From positions 41,517 to 105,516 of IMG/VR virus record IMGVR_UViG_3300027969_000063: DNA of 64,000 nt; one strand, written 5' to 3'. This document shows positions 1-8,238 of this stretch, in pieces. The stretch comes from a virus. Position 1 is the stretch's first letter, and each line of letters starts with the position of its first letter. The notes beneath the pieces are model-generated. The model saw only the letters and a program-made list of their open reading frames with translations. It had not been told where the DNA came from and made no database searches. Position numbers and translations under genes: made by a program.

Positions 1-690
1 TTCTTTTTCTTGTTGCCGGCCAATAATGAAAACATTATCAGCCGAATACATTGAACCTGTTCCACCACCAACAATGGCTTTAGGGAACATTCCAATTTCC
101 ATGTAAGTATGATTTACCACAATCATTGGAATATCTTTAAGATTCAGGTGTGGTGTTACCATTCGAAATAATGATTTAACTTGTTTTGCTCTTGACATAT
201 CAGCAACAGACTTTTCAGCCAAGGCATCTTCTACTTCTTTCTTCGATGCTAAGTTACCAATAGAATCAATTATGATGATGAGTTTGTCACCCCTATCAAG
301 TTTCGTAAGTTGTTGCATAATGTCGAATTTGAGTTGTTCGATATCTGTGAGGGGAGTGTGCAGTACACGCTCGGTATCGATACCAAAGCTGTCAAAATAA
401 CTCTGAGGAGTACCAAACTCACTATCGTAGAATAAAAGAGCCGCATCTTCATATTTGTCCAAATAAGATTTTGCCATCAAAAGTGAGAAAGCAGTCTTAA
501 AGTGTTTTGATGGACCTGCCCACATTGTAAGACCTGGTGTTAAACCACCATCTAGTTTGCCACTCAATGCCACATTAATAATTGGCACAGAAGTAGGAAT
601 CATATCCTTGGCAGTAAAGAACTTTGATTTCGACAGAATGGCCGAATCTTTAATACTACTGTTCTTTTTAATTTTATCTAATATACTCAT
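1..690 (-). CDS. uvsX: UvsX RecA-like recombinase (3' end runs off window)
   Basis: Not in the ORF track; manual translation MSILDKIKKNS...WAGPSKHFKT (Walker A)...FYDSEFG...IDSIGNL...VNHTY..., typical of T4 UvsX. Confidence 0.93.
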   Translation of the reverse strand, partial: MSILDKIKKNSSIKDSAILSKSKFFTAKDMIPTSVPIINVALSGKLDGGLTPGLTMWAGPSKHFKTAFSLLMAKSYLDKYEDAALLFYDSEFGTPQSYFDSFGIDTERVLHTPLTDIEQLKFDIMQQLTKLDRGDKLIIIIDSIGNLASKKEVEDALAEKSVADMSRAKQVKSLFRMVTPHLNLKDIPMIVVNHTYMEIGMFPKAIVGGGTGSMYSADNVFIIGRQQEKE

Positions 691-1697
691 TTCTTATCCT
701 TTTCACGAAATGCAAACTCTGCTTCATAATCATACTTAGGTTCTAATTTCTTAACTGGTTCTTCATCATGATGTTCACTATAAAATCCTGGTGCATGATG
801 AACTCTTTGGAAATTAGATATAGGTGGAATACTTTCACCAGTAACTCCATCGATAACAATATCTTCTTCCGGTTTTATTTCTGCAATGTTTTCCTTATCA
901 ACTTTAACTCTATCATCAACCGGATCTTCTGGCTTTTGAGGCTCTTCTGGCTCAGGCTTTTTATCTGTGAATACGGGAATATCGTTGGCAGTTAAACCTA
1001 CCACTTCACCATTACGAACAATTGGCTTACCAACTGATCTGTTGTTCATAGACATATTTGCTGCTATCAATAATAACACAGCTAGCGGGTCAAATACAAC
1101 CATGATTAACATGATTACCAATCTTACTGCTTTATCTAAGGCATTATCATCTTCCACTCCATAGATCATATCACCAACATACTTGATAGGACCAACTTCT
1201 GCGGTAAGTTTATTATTCTCTTTGAGTAATGGCAACTTCCGTTTATTGATTTCGGTAAGTTCTTTTTGAGTATCTTGAATTTGTTTATCGAGGCGGTTAC
1301 TTGCCGTTGATGGATCTTTGGCACGAGCAAGTAAATAATCCAATCGTTCTTTGGTAATCTTTTCTTGTTGTACTAAAGTTTTAATCTCTACTGTATTCAT
1401 ACCAGAGTCCATGGTAGAATCAATATGTGCTTTTGATAAGAAACCAAAAATACCCATCGAGGTAATAATCATCAGAATGACAACGGCAAATGTCAAGTAT
1501 GATTTTAATAAAAGTGGGCAGGTTTTCCAATTACGATACAGCCATGATGTAGTTACCAATTTGCTCAACTCAAGAACCGAACCCATAAAAACGATTGGCC
1601 AAAATGCGCCAGTAAAAATTGCAGCCAAACCAATAACGGAATAATAGGCTGCAATACCTGATAGTAGTAGTGCTGATAATAGTGTTAAGAATATCAT
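687..1697 (-). CDS. Membrane protein: three N-terminal TM helices, coiled coil, one further TM helix, acidic Pro-rich tail
   Basis: Hydrophobic segments in the translation; start moved to ATG 1697, which overlaps the gp43 stop (ATGA). Confidence 0.75.
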   Translation of the reverse strand: MIFLTLLSALLLSGIAAYYSVIGLAAIFTGAFWPIVFMGSVLELSKLVTTSWLYRNWKTCPLLLKSYLTFAVVILMIITSMGIFGFLSKAHIDSTMDSGMNTVEIKTLVQQEKITKERLDYLLARAKDPSTASNRLDKQIQDTQKELTEINKRKLPLLKENNKLTAEVGPIKYVGDMIYGVEDDNALDKAVRLVIMLIMVVFDPLAVLLLIAANMSMNNRSVGKPIVRNGEVVGLTANDIPVFTDKKPEPEEPQKPEDPVDDRVKVDKENIAEIKPEEDIVIDGVTGESIPPISNFQRVHHAPGFYSEHHDEEPVKKLEPKYDYEAEFAFREKDKK

Positions 1698-4228
1698 GAG
1701 AAAAAATCCTCTAGTGAACTTACCTTTTCTGTCGACCAACCCATACATTCTAGAATAACCCTAATTGGTTCTATGAATGCTTTATCAAACTGTGTGTCAT
1801 AATCGATATACTGTTGCATTTCAAATTCCTTTGGTAAGCGTGACGGAAATGAAATGACCATATCTTTAAACGGGTTTGGCATTTTCAAATAAGTAAATTT
1901 AACTTTCTCACCTTCTTGTATGAGTGGATATTTTTTGGTTAGATTTAATTTATTTAAGTTATGATTATATATGATGGCACCCTTCACATGAATGGGTGTT
2001 CCCTTTTTATATAGTGATAAAGAATCGGAGTAATTCTTCAAACCGTTCAGGCCTCTTGGAAAAGAGATATCTTCTACCGGTAAAGTTTTAAAATATTCTT
2101 TAAACTCAGCAATAAATTTATGTACATCATCTTCTGTACCAGTTACCAACAGTTTAATCAACTCATACATCTTACCACGAATAACGGATGGTGTCGATGA
2201 CTTCACCATTTCAAGACCCATTACCTTGAGTTGGGGTTCATTATACTGTACGCCTTCGTTATTATACACATTAAGGATGTATCGTTTCTTGGCAGTCCAA
2301 ATACCTTTGTCAGAGAGGCCTTCCCTCTTCATCTCCATTTTCTGCTGATACGCATTAACATACTCACCAAGTTCATCGTAACTTTTATCAATGAAAGGTT
2401 GTATTTTATCTTCACATATCTTATCCATGAAGGAGATGACTTTGTTAGGTTCGCTTGTATCTTTAATAAATTTGCTGACCAACGGACCAAGCTTAAGATA
2501 AATCGAATCTGTATCTGATGCAATGACATAATCTTCCTTACTTTGTAATAACTTATTCATCCAGCCATTAAGTTTGGCTTCTATCCAACGAATACTTAAT
2601 TGCCCAGCAGTTGTGACACCGAGTGCCATGCGTAAATCGTAAAAGCGAAAGTACTGAGAGCCCAGAGCACCGTAAGCTGAGTTGAGGGAAACTTTCTTTG
2701 CCAACTGGATGTTATTGTACTTTGCAATTCGTTTTTCAATTTCATAAAGCTTGGAAGGATCTTTTTCATTCTCATATTCCTGTTTTGCTTTTAACATTAA
2801 GTTCTTAAACTTCTTACGATCAGTATACATCTCTTCCATCATCTTAGGTAAGAAACCTTGGAAGTCTGTACGAAAGAATTGGCCATTAGGAGTTATTGTT
2901 GCACCTTCAAGTTTAGATAAATCAATTTTCTTATCCAACAACTTATTCACATCAACGCCTGATGAAAGTATTTTACGCATCTCATCTGTATAGTTCTCAG
3001 GTTCAATCAATGTTTCTGGACTGATATTGTATTGCATCATCAAATGTGGATACAAAGAGTTCAAGTCAAATGAGGCAACCCAATCGTGCTTGCCTACTTG
3101 AACCTCTTTAACATAGGCACCTTCAAATGCCGAATCTTTACTCTTGGTAATTCGTGGTGGAACAATAATACCTTTCTCAAAGAGATAGGCATATGTCATT
3201 GAATCCCACATACGAGTTTGAGCAAAAATATCTTCAAAGTTGGTTTTAGTATCATAGGCCAAGGTTACTCCTAGTTCAAGTAACTTTAACTTTTCTTCCA
3301 ACTTGATAATGATCTCAACGTCACGAATGTTATATTCAATAAATTTCTGGAAGTTTAGTCGATATAAGGTATGGAGATTATCATATTCATCATAGGCAAT
3401 CTTACCTTCACCCAACTCAACTTGAGCAATGTTATCCAACCGATACGATTCTTGCGACTTACCACCAGGAGCATACCATTTGTATAGTTCGATATAATCA
3501 AGTGAGGCAACACCAACAAGATAGTATTCGGTCATCTCACGACCATTGATGATGGCTTTTCGTTCTGAAATATAATTCCAAGGAGATAGTTTCTTGGTTG
3601 CATCTTCTCCAAGAAGTTTCTTAAAACGATTTACGATGTATGGTATATCAAAGAATTTGGTATTCCAACCAGTAATGATGTCAGGACATTTACTTGTCCA
3701 CAAGGCCATGAATTGTTTACATAAAGAATATTCATCTTTACATTTCACATAGATTTCTTTACCTTGTGTTTCATAGATTCCACAACCAAAGACATAGGTC
3801 TCACCATTAAGATATTTCACACAAATGGCTGTGATAGGTTCATCTGCTTTATATGGATCAGGAAACCCATTCTCAGAACCTACCTCGATATCGATTACGG
3901 CAATTGAAATTTTCTCATAATCATAGTCGACCATACCATTGTGTTCATCGGCAATAAAAGCATATTCAAAACGAGTTTGACCATAGATTTTAGAGGCGTT
4001 AGCCACACCATCAAATTGCTTGATAAAATCTCTGGCCGATTTGGTATTGCCAAAGATTTTCTGGTCGAGGTAATCACCTTCGAGTGTGGTGAAGTTTGTT
4101 ATTTTCTTGGATGGCAAATACAAAGATGGAGAATACTCTATCTTATCTTTGATTCTTTTACCATCAACAACACCCCGATAAAGGATGTTGTTACCAAAAC
4201 ATTGGACATTTGTGTAGAATTTTGTCAT
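1694..4228 (-). CDS. gp43: Family B DNA polymerase (T4 gp43)
   Basis: DIEV exonuclease motif, SFDLNSLYP, KVSLNSAYG, SDTDS, C-terminal clamp-binding SLEDFF. Confidence 0.98.
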   Translation of the reverse strand: MTKFYTNVQCFGNNILYRGVVDGKRIKDKIEYSPSLYLPSKKITNFTTLEGDYLDQKIFGNTKSARDFIKQFDGVANASKIYGQTRFEYAFIADEHNGMVDYDYEKISIAVIDIEVGSENGFPDPYKADEPITAICVKYLNGETYVFGCGIYETQGKEIYVKCKDEYSLCKQFMALWTSKCPDIITGWNTKFFDIPYIVNRFKKLLGEDATKKLSPWNYISERKAIINGREMTEYYLVGVASLDYIELYKWYAPGGKSQESYRLDNIAQVELGEGKIAYDEYDNLHTLYRLNFQKFIEYNIRDVEIIIKLEEKLKLLELGVTLAYDTKTNFEDIFAQTRMWDSMTYAYLFEKGIIVPPRITKSKDSAFEGAYVKEVQVGKHDWVASFDLNSLYPHLMMQYNISPETLIEPENYTDEMRKILSSGVDVNKLLDKKIDLSKLEGATITPNGQFFRTDFQGFLPKMMEEMYTDRKKFKNLMLKAKQEYENEKDPSKLYEIEKRIAKYNNIQLAKKVSLNSAYGALGSQYFRFYDLRMALGVTTAGQLSIRWIEAKLNGWMNKLLQSKEDYVIASDTDSIYLKLGPLVSKFIKDTSEPNKVISFMDKICEDKIQPFIDKSYDELGEYVNAYQQKMEMKREGLSDKGIWTAKKRYILNVYNNEGVQYNEPQLKVMGLEMVKSSTPSVIRGKMYELIKLLVTGTEDDVHKFIAEFKEYFKTLPVEDISFPRGLNGLKNYSDSLSLYKKGTPIHVKGAIIYNHNLNKLNLTKKYPLIQEGEKVKFTYLKMPNPFKDMVISFPSRLPKEFEMQQYIDYDTQFDKAFIEPIRVILECMGWSTEKVSSLEDFFS

Positions 4229-4539
4229 TAACCTGTAATAATTTGTTTTTGTGGAGGTACAACAAGGCCGGAACCAAAGATTTGCTTGTAATTATTAACA
4301 AAATCTTCTGCCGGTACATAGGAGTATACTACATGTTTCTTGGCCAAGGCAACCGTGGCACCAGTCTTTTGTTCGGCATGAAGTGGGAATGGAGAGAATC
4401 CAATATTAGGTTGGCCATCTTTACCACGGACTACCGTGATACCTACTGGATTGACAATGACAAATTCAGTTTCGGATTGAGAATCGATCTCACCTAAGAT
4501 ATCTTCACCGGTGATTAATTTTAAAGCAATGATTTCCAT
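4228..4539 (-). CDS. Conserved T4-like hypothetical protein, probable Sm-like fold
   Basis: LKLITGEDILG N-terminus; AGGA ribosome-binding site; coupled to gp43. Confidence 0.7.
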   Translation of the reverse strand: MEIIALKLITGEDILGEIDSQSETEFVIVNPVGITVVRGKDGQPNIGFSPFPLHAEQKTGATVALAKKHVVYSYVPAEDFVNNYKQIFGSGLVVPPQKQIITG

Positions 4540-4555
4540 GTTATTTCCTTTTTAT

Positions 4556-4563
4556 TATAAATA
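4556..4563 (+). promoter_or_regulatory. T4-type late promoter (gp55-dependent)
   Basis: Exact TATAAATA upstream of the + strand ORF at 4635. Confidence 0.7.
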
Positions 4564-4585
4564 CTTACAATGATTTGAACATTTA

Positions 4586-4614
4586 ATTATACTATTTTTT
4601 ATCCTTTTTGTCAA
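4586..4614 (-). promoter_or_regulatory. Sigma70-type early promoter for the gp43 operon
   Basis: TTGACA-N17-TATAAT, perfect consensus. Confidence 0.85.
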
Positions 4615-4634
4615 CACAATAATGGTATACTTAG

Positions 4635-5078
4635 ATGCCCGATCCAATATCTGCTGGCGGCCAGACCGCTGTTTCCTCTTTGAAAAGTGCGCAACAAGTT
4701 GGTAAACAACTAGGCGCTGTGGTTGCTGATCAACAAGCCGACATGGAAAAATCGGTCCAAGAACAGCATAAACAAAGGCTCTTGGCACAAAAAAGAAAAG
4801 ACTATGAGCACTCAATAGAAGAGTTTAGAGCCTTTGAAAGATATGAGAAAGATAAAGCTCACGAAAAAGAAATAGCAAAAATTAAAGCTCAAGCCATTGC
4901 AAAATATGGTGCTGGTGCTTGGAATGAAATTGAATCATTAAAACAGAAATTGAAAAAAGAAAAAGAAGAAGAAGCAAAATTAATGGACAAAGATCGTGAA
5001 AAGGTCCAAGAATTATTCTGGTGGTGTATGACGGCAGCAGCTTTAATAACATATTTTTTTAAGTTGTATAAAATATGA
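4635..5078 (+). CDS. Coiled-coil protein with C-terminal TM helix
   Basis: Charged helical body ending in LFWWCMTAAALITYFF; lies downstream of TATAAATA. Confidence 0.75.
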   Translation: MPDPISAGGQTAVSSLKSAQQVGKQLGAVVADQQADMEKSVQEQHKQRLLAQKRKDYEHSIEEFRAFERYEKDKAHEKEIAKIKAQAIAKYGAGAWNEIESLKQKLKKEKEEEAKLMDKDREKVQELFWWCMTAAALITYFFKLYKI

Positions 5079-5164
5079 AAAAATTGCAACCAACAGTTTT
5101 TATTTTAGTTTTGATTCTTTGTTTGGTATTAATGGTAGTTGAATCGGGACACGTTTTCAAATAA
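5075..5164 (+). CDS. 29-aa single-TM peptide
   Basis: MKKLQPTVFILVLILCLVLMVVESGHVFK; ATGA overlap with the previous stop. Confidence 0.6.
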   Translation: MKKLQPTVFILVLILCLVLMVVESGHVFK

Positions 5165-5181
5165 ACTAAAGTGAGGTTATT

Positions 5182-5262
5182 ATGTTATCTAAAATTGTTT
5201 TTATATTTTGTTTTTTAGGAATGTCGTTGTTAATGATAATGGAATCTTTAGCTAAGTTTTAG
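5182..5262 (+). CDS. 26-aa single-TM peptide
   Basis: MLSKIVFIFCFLGMSLLMIMESLAKF; GAGG ribosome-binding site upstream. Confidence 0.6.
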   Translation: MLSKIVFIFCFLGMSLLMIMESLAKF

Positions 5263-5263
5263 C

Positions 5264-5404
5264 CTATCTTCCTCTTCCCGCTTTTCTCATCACATTAGGT
5301 TTTGGAACAAACTTAGGTTTATTAACCTTTGGTGCTGGTCCTACTGGCTTTAGATCACGAACCTTTTTTAATTGTTCTTCACGAAATTTTTTGTCATCAG
5401 ACAT
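5264..5404 (-). CDS. 46-aa basic hypothetical protein
   Basis: MSDDKKFREEQLKK...KAGRGR; AAGGAG ribosome-binding site. Confidence 0.6.
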   Translation of the reverse strand: MSDDKKFREEQLKKVRDLKPVGPAPKVNKPKFVPKPNVMRKAGRGR

Positions 5405-5413
5405 ATTTTCTCC

Positions 5414-5650
5414 TTAATAGATAAAAACAACTTCCGTAATGGGGATAACATAATCTTCATCGGCTACCTTAACCGCTTTATTCCAATTCACCAGTAACTC
5501 ATCACCAATCTGTACTTCATCAACTTTAGGACCAAGAGCAACAACTTTTGCACGGTCTGGTGCTTCTGTGTACTTTAGAATGATACCTGATGCCGTCTGT
5601 TTCTCTGCGGCGATTCTTGTCACAATGATATTATTTTTTAATGGTTGCAT
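5414..5650 (-). CDS. groES: GroES-like co-chaperonin
   Basis: MQPLKNNIIV...TASGII...AKVVALGP..VQIGD motifs. Confidence 0.9.
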   Translation of the reverse strand: MQPLKNNIIVTRIAAEKQTASGIILKYTEAPDRAKVVALGPKVDEVQIGDELLVNWNKAVKVADEDYVIPITEVVFIY

Positions 5651-5808
5651 AATTTTCTTTCCGCAATAGCTCTTTGAATTTTGTTGATATGTTTTTTACG
5701 AGCACCTTCAAGTAGTTTCTCTAACTGTTCAATATTCAACGGACCTAATCTCTGTTTACCATTTTTGGTCAACATTGGATTTTTCTTTTTAGATTTTGCA
5801 ACAGCCAT
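5638..5808 (-). CDS. 56-aa basic hypothetical protein
   Basis: MAVAKSKKKNPMLTKNGKQRLGPLN...; AAGG ribosome-binding site. Confidence 0.55.
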   Translation of the reverse strand: MAVAKSKKKNPMLTKNGKQRLGPLNIEQLEKLLEGARKKHINKIQRAIAERKLCNH

Positions 5809-5825
5809 AATATACCTTTTAAAAG

Positions 5826-5899
5826 TGGAGCGGGATATTGGAATCGAACCAATAACGAGAGGTTGGAAACCTCTAGTTTTACCATTAAACTAATCCCGC
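5826..5899 (-). tRNA. tRNA-Gly(TCC)
   Basis: GCGGGAT acceptor stem, D loop, TTCCAA anticodon loop, GGTTCGATTCC T arm, encoded TCCA end. Confidence 0.95.
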
Positions 5900-5900
5900 A

Positions 5901-5962
5901 TGGACTACATTAGCCACAGTTTCTATGTTTGCTACCGATAACTCGGTTCGTCTAATGCAGTT
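5901..5962 (-). ncRNA. Small three-way-junction RNA ending in CCA
   Basis: ACTGCATTAG/CTAATGTAGT closing stem, ACCGA/TCGGT and CATAG/CTGTG hairpins, 3' CCA one base before tRNA-Gly. Confidence 0.55.
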
Positions 5963-5967
5963 TAAAC

Positions 5968-6034
5968 TGGAGCGGTGGTCTGCTATGCTCAGATAATATA
6001 AGAGGGTATCTCACATCGTACTATTACACACCGC
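5968..6034 (-). ncRNA. Non-canonical tRNA-Gly-like RNA (67 nt)
   Basis: GCGGTG/CACCGC acceptor stem + TCCA, mini D arm, extended anticodon stem around ACC, T-like arm lacking TTC. Confidence 0.7.
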
Positions 6035-6037
6035 ATA

Positions 6038-6157
6038 TTACTTTTCTTTATCTTTTCTTGCCTTACCTTTTGCTTCAATTCTGGCAAGTAAATCTAATAA
6101 TTCTTTTTTAGTTAACATTCTACCCCAAGAAGGAGTGTTATTTGCTTTTTCTGTCAT
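6038..6157 (-). CDS. 39-aa hypothetical protein
   Basis: MTEKANNTPSWGRMLTKKELLDLL...; follows a sigma70-like promoter. Confidence 0.45.
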   Translation of the reverse strand: MTEKANNTPSWGRMLTKKELLDLLARIEAKGKARKDKEK

Positions 6158-6164
6158 ATGTAAC

Positions 6165-6194
6165 ATGATATCATTACTTATACATCATTGTCAA
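6165..6194 (-). promoter_or_regulatory. Sigma70-type promoter for the RNA cluster
   Basis: TTGACA-N18-TATCAT. Confidence 0.6.
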
Positions 6195-6359
6195 ATGGTT
6201 ATAGCAAAATATACCAAAATAAACTTTACTATAACCACTCTTCTTAGACTTCTCTAAACGCCTTACTGCTTTGTTACTTTTACGATGAACTCCAGCCTTA
6301 CGAAACAATGCCAACTTGACAAGATAGTTTCGTGGTTGAGGAGTAGTTTTCTTTTTCAT
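6174..6359 (-). CDS. Small basic hypothetical protein
   Basis: AGGAG ribosome-binding site; PRN...RKAGVH motif. Confidence 0.6.
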   Translation of the reverse strand: MKKKTTPQPRNYLVKLALFRKAGVHRKSNKAVRRLEKSKKSGYSKVYFGIFCYNHLTMMYK

Positions 6360-6390
6360 GATACTCTCCTGTTGATAATACTTTATAAAC

Positions 6391-6903
6391 TTATTGTGGG
6401 GGTTTCCAACCTAGAGATTCTGGAACAATCTGACTGTCCGGATCTTGAATGCCAAAGAATACTTCCCACAATTTCTCTTTTATTGCGAACTTACTAAACA
6501 AACCAACTTCTGTTCCAAATGCTTCTATTTCCCAAGGCTGAACCCAATAATCCATACTATCAGAATCAACCTTCTTTCCTTTCCAACGAGTTAATGTTTC
6601 GTTGGTTTCATTATAAGCATATTGCTTAATGTGTGTCATTTCGTGTGCCAAGGTTTTTAATATCTCAGCTGCACCAATTCCAGGATGAAGTTCAATTTGA
6701 AACTCTCTCGCCTTACGACTTTCATTGTACTCTAAAATTTCAGCGTAACCATAGGCCTCAATCTTAGGATTAAATCTAATCCGTAGATAGATATTTTCTC
6801 TTAACTTTGGTGATATAAGTTGTTCAGCATAAAATACAGCAGCTCGTTTTACATACGGCCTGAAGTGCTTTTTATCGGGACAACCAACTATACTTAGCTG
6901 CAT
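6391..6903 (-). CDS. HExxH zinc metallopeptidase-like protein
   Basis: LAHEMTHIKQ plus downstream YWVQPWEIEA. Confidence 0.75.
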   Translation of the reverse strand: MQLSIVGCPDKKHFRPYVKRAAVFYAEQLISPKLRENIYLRIRFNPKIEAYGYAEILEYNESRKAREFQIELHPGIGAAEILKTLAHEMTHIKQYAYNETNETLTRWKGKKVDSDSMDYWVQPWEIEAFGTEVGLFSKFAIKEKLWEVFFGIQDPDSQIVPESLGWKPPQ

Positions 6904-6999
6904 TTGGGGCCTCTCTCCTTAGTAAATTGACCCAATACAAAGCTATTTAGGAACCAAACTCTTTTCACCAGGTGAAATCACAATACTACTTTAGATACC

Positions 7000-7028
7000 A
7001 TTATAACACACTTCTCCAAGAAAGTCAA
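7000..7028 (-). promoter_or_regulatory. Sigma70-type promoter
   Basis: TTGACT-N17-TATAAT with an extended TG. Confidence 0.75.
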
Positions 7029-7040
7029 GCCGTCTGTCTA

Positions 7041-7214
7041 CTACCATTCACCATTATCAAACCATAAACGAATTGTAACAGGCAACAATTCAATCACCAA
7101 AGCATCTTGTTCCCAAGCTTCATTCGACTTGTTATAATTAAAACTAATTCTCCAATGAAATGGATTTAATTTAAAAGTAATATTACAACCAGAGTACATT
7201 AGCCAATCAATCAT
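7041..7214 (-). CDS. 57-aa hypothetical protein
   Basis: MIDWLMYSGCNITFKLNPFHWRI...DNGEW; start overlaps the upstream stop. Confidence 0.6.
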   Translation of the reverse strand: MIDWLMYSGCNITFKLNPFHWRISFNYNKSNEAWEQDALVIELLPVTIRLWFDNGEW

Positions 7215-7417
7215 TATATTCCTAACTGAGATTTAATATATTTGTCTTTCAACATATCTGGTATGTTTAGATATGGTTCTTCTAATAGAAAAGGACAAGG
7301 AGATCCCCACCTGTTTTCATTTAAAAAATATCTCAATAAATTTATATGATACTTATTTCTTGGATCAAACAAATATTTTGGATTGCCCAATGTTTGTTGC
7401 TGTGTTAGAAAACTCAT
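7214..7417 (-). CDS. Hypothetical protein
   Basis: Translationally coupled ORF; FDP...CPFLLEEPY motif. Confidence 0.65.
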   Translation of the reverse strand: MSFLTQQQTLGNPKYLFDPRNKYHINLLRYFLNENRWGSPCPFLLEEPYLNIPDMLKDKYIKSQLGI

Positions 7418-7659
7418 TTAATATACTCCACATTATCTTTGCGCATGTAAAAAACCACCTGATTTTTTTTTGGATCAGGTACTTCTCTAACTACGGGAAT
7501 AAAAGTTATACCTTCAATCTCATTGGTTGACCAATTCGAATAAGTGTAATAGACATCTTGATTCGTTTTTGAACGAACCTTTTTAAGAATGGCTTTACCG
7601 CCAGTTGTCATGGCAATATAACCAGGTCGAGAGGGTTTAGTTTTGTTCCAGTTTTTCAT
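7414..7659 (-). CDS. Hypothetical protein
   Basis: ORF directly after a sigma70 promoter; exact start uncertain. Confidence 0.6.
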   Translation of the reverse strand: MKNWNKTKPSRPGYIAMTTGGKAILKKVRSKTNQDVYYTYSNWSTNEIEGITFIPVVREVPDPKKNQVVFYMRKDNVEYIK

Positions 7660-7665
7660 GATATA

Positions 7666-7694
7666 ATTATAACTCAAAAGGAGGGGGCTGTCAA
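7666..7694 (-). promoter_or_regulatory. Sigma70-type promoter overlapping a terminator hairpin
   Basis: TTGACA-N17-TATAAT. Confidence 0.75.
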
Positions 7695-7703
7695 GAGCCC
7701 CCT
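7676..7703 (-). terminator. Rho-independent terminator after hsp20
   Basis: AGGGGGCT-CTTGAC-AGCCCCCT followed by CCTTTT. Confidence 0.65.
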
Positions 7704-7706
7704 GTA

Positions 7707-7772
7707 TTATCTACCGTTTGGGTAGTTCAATTGTTCCCATTCCTCATCGGATACAGGCCACCAGTTACTCAT
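7707..7772 (-). CDS. Possible 21-aa peptide overlapping the hsp20 stop
   Basis: MSNWWPVSDEEWEQLNYPNGR; fills the gap between hsp20 and the terminator. Confidence 0.4.
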   Translation of the reverse strand: MSNWWPVSDEEWEQLNYPNGR

Positions 7773-8232
7773 CTTTTGATTTTACGGCAATCTTCTTTAC
7801 CGCATCCTGTGCTTTTACCATGGCTTCTAACCAGATTTTAAGCATACCATTAGTAATTACGGCATCCTTAATCTCTACCTTATCGGCAAGAGTAAAGGTA
7901 CGAGAAAAATTACGGTTGGCAATACCTCTGTAGATGAAACTAGCCGGATCTTCTTCAGATTCAACTGCAGAACCTTTGATTACCAATTTACTACCGTCTA
8001 AGGTAACTTCAATATCAGTTTTAGCAAAGCCAGCAACTGCCAGTTCGATGACATACTTGTTGTCTTTTACTTGTTTGATATTGTATGGAGGGTAGCTAGT
8101 TGTTGCTTTAGCGACTGTTTCAGATACTTCACGGATTTGGTCCAATACGTCATCGAAACCAACTGTGAACGGATCCAAAGTTTTGTGGAGGGAAGCCCAT
8201 TGTGGGATTAAAGATAAAGTTGTGCTTGTCAT
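7765..8232 (-). CDS. hsp20: Small heat-shock protein (Hsp20/IbpA family)
   Basis: YPPYNI, IELAVAGF, RGIANRNFSRTFTLA, NGML motifs. Confidence 0.95.
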   Translation of the reverse strand: MTSTTLSLIPQWASLHKTLDPFTVGFDDVLDQIREVSETVAKATTSYPPYNIKQVKDNKYVIELAVAGFAKTDIEVTLDGSKLVIKGSAVESEEDPASFIYRGIANRNFSRTFTLADKVEIKDAVITNGMLKIWLEAMVKAQDAVKKIAVKSKDE

Positions 8233-8238
8233 AGATTT

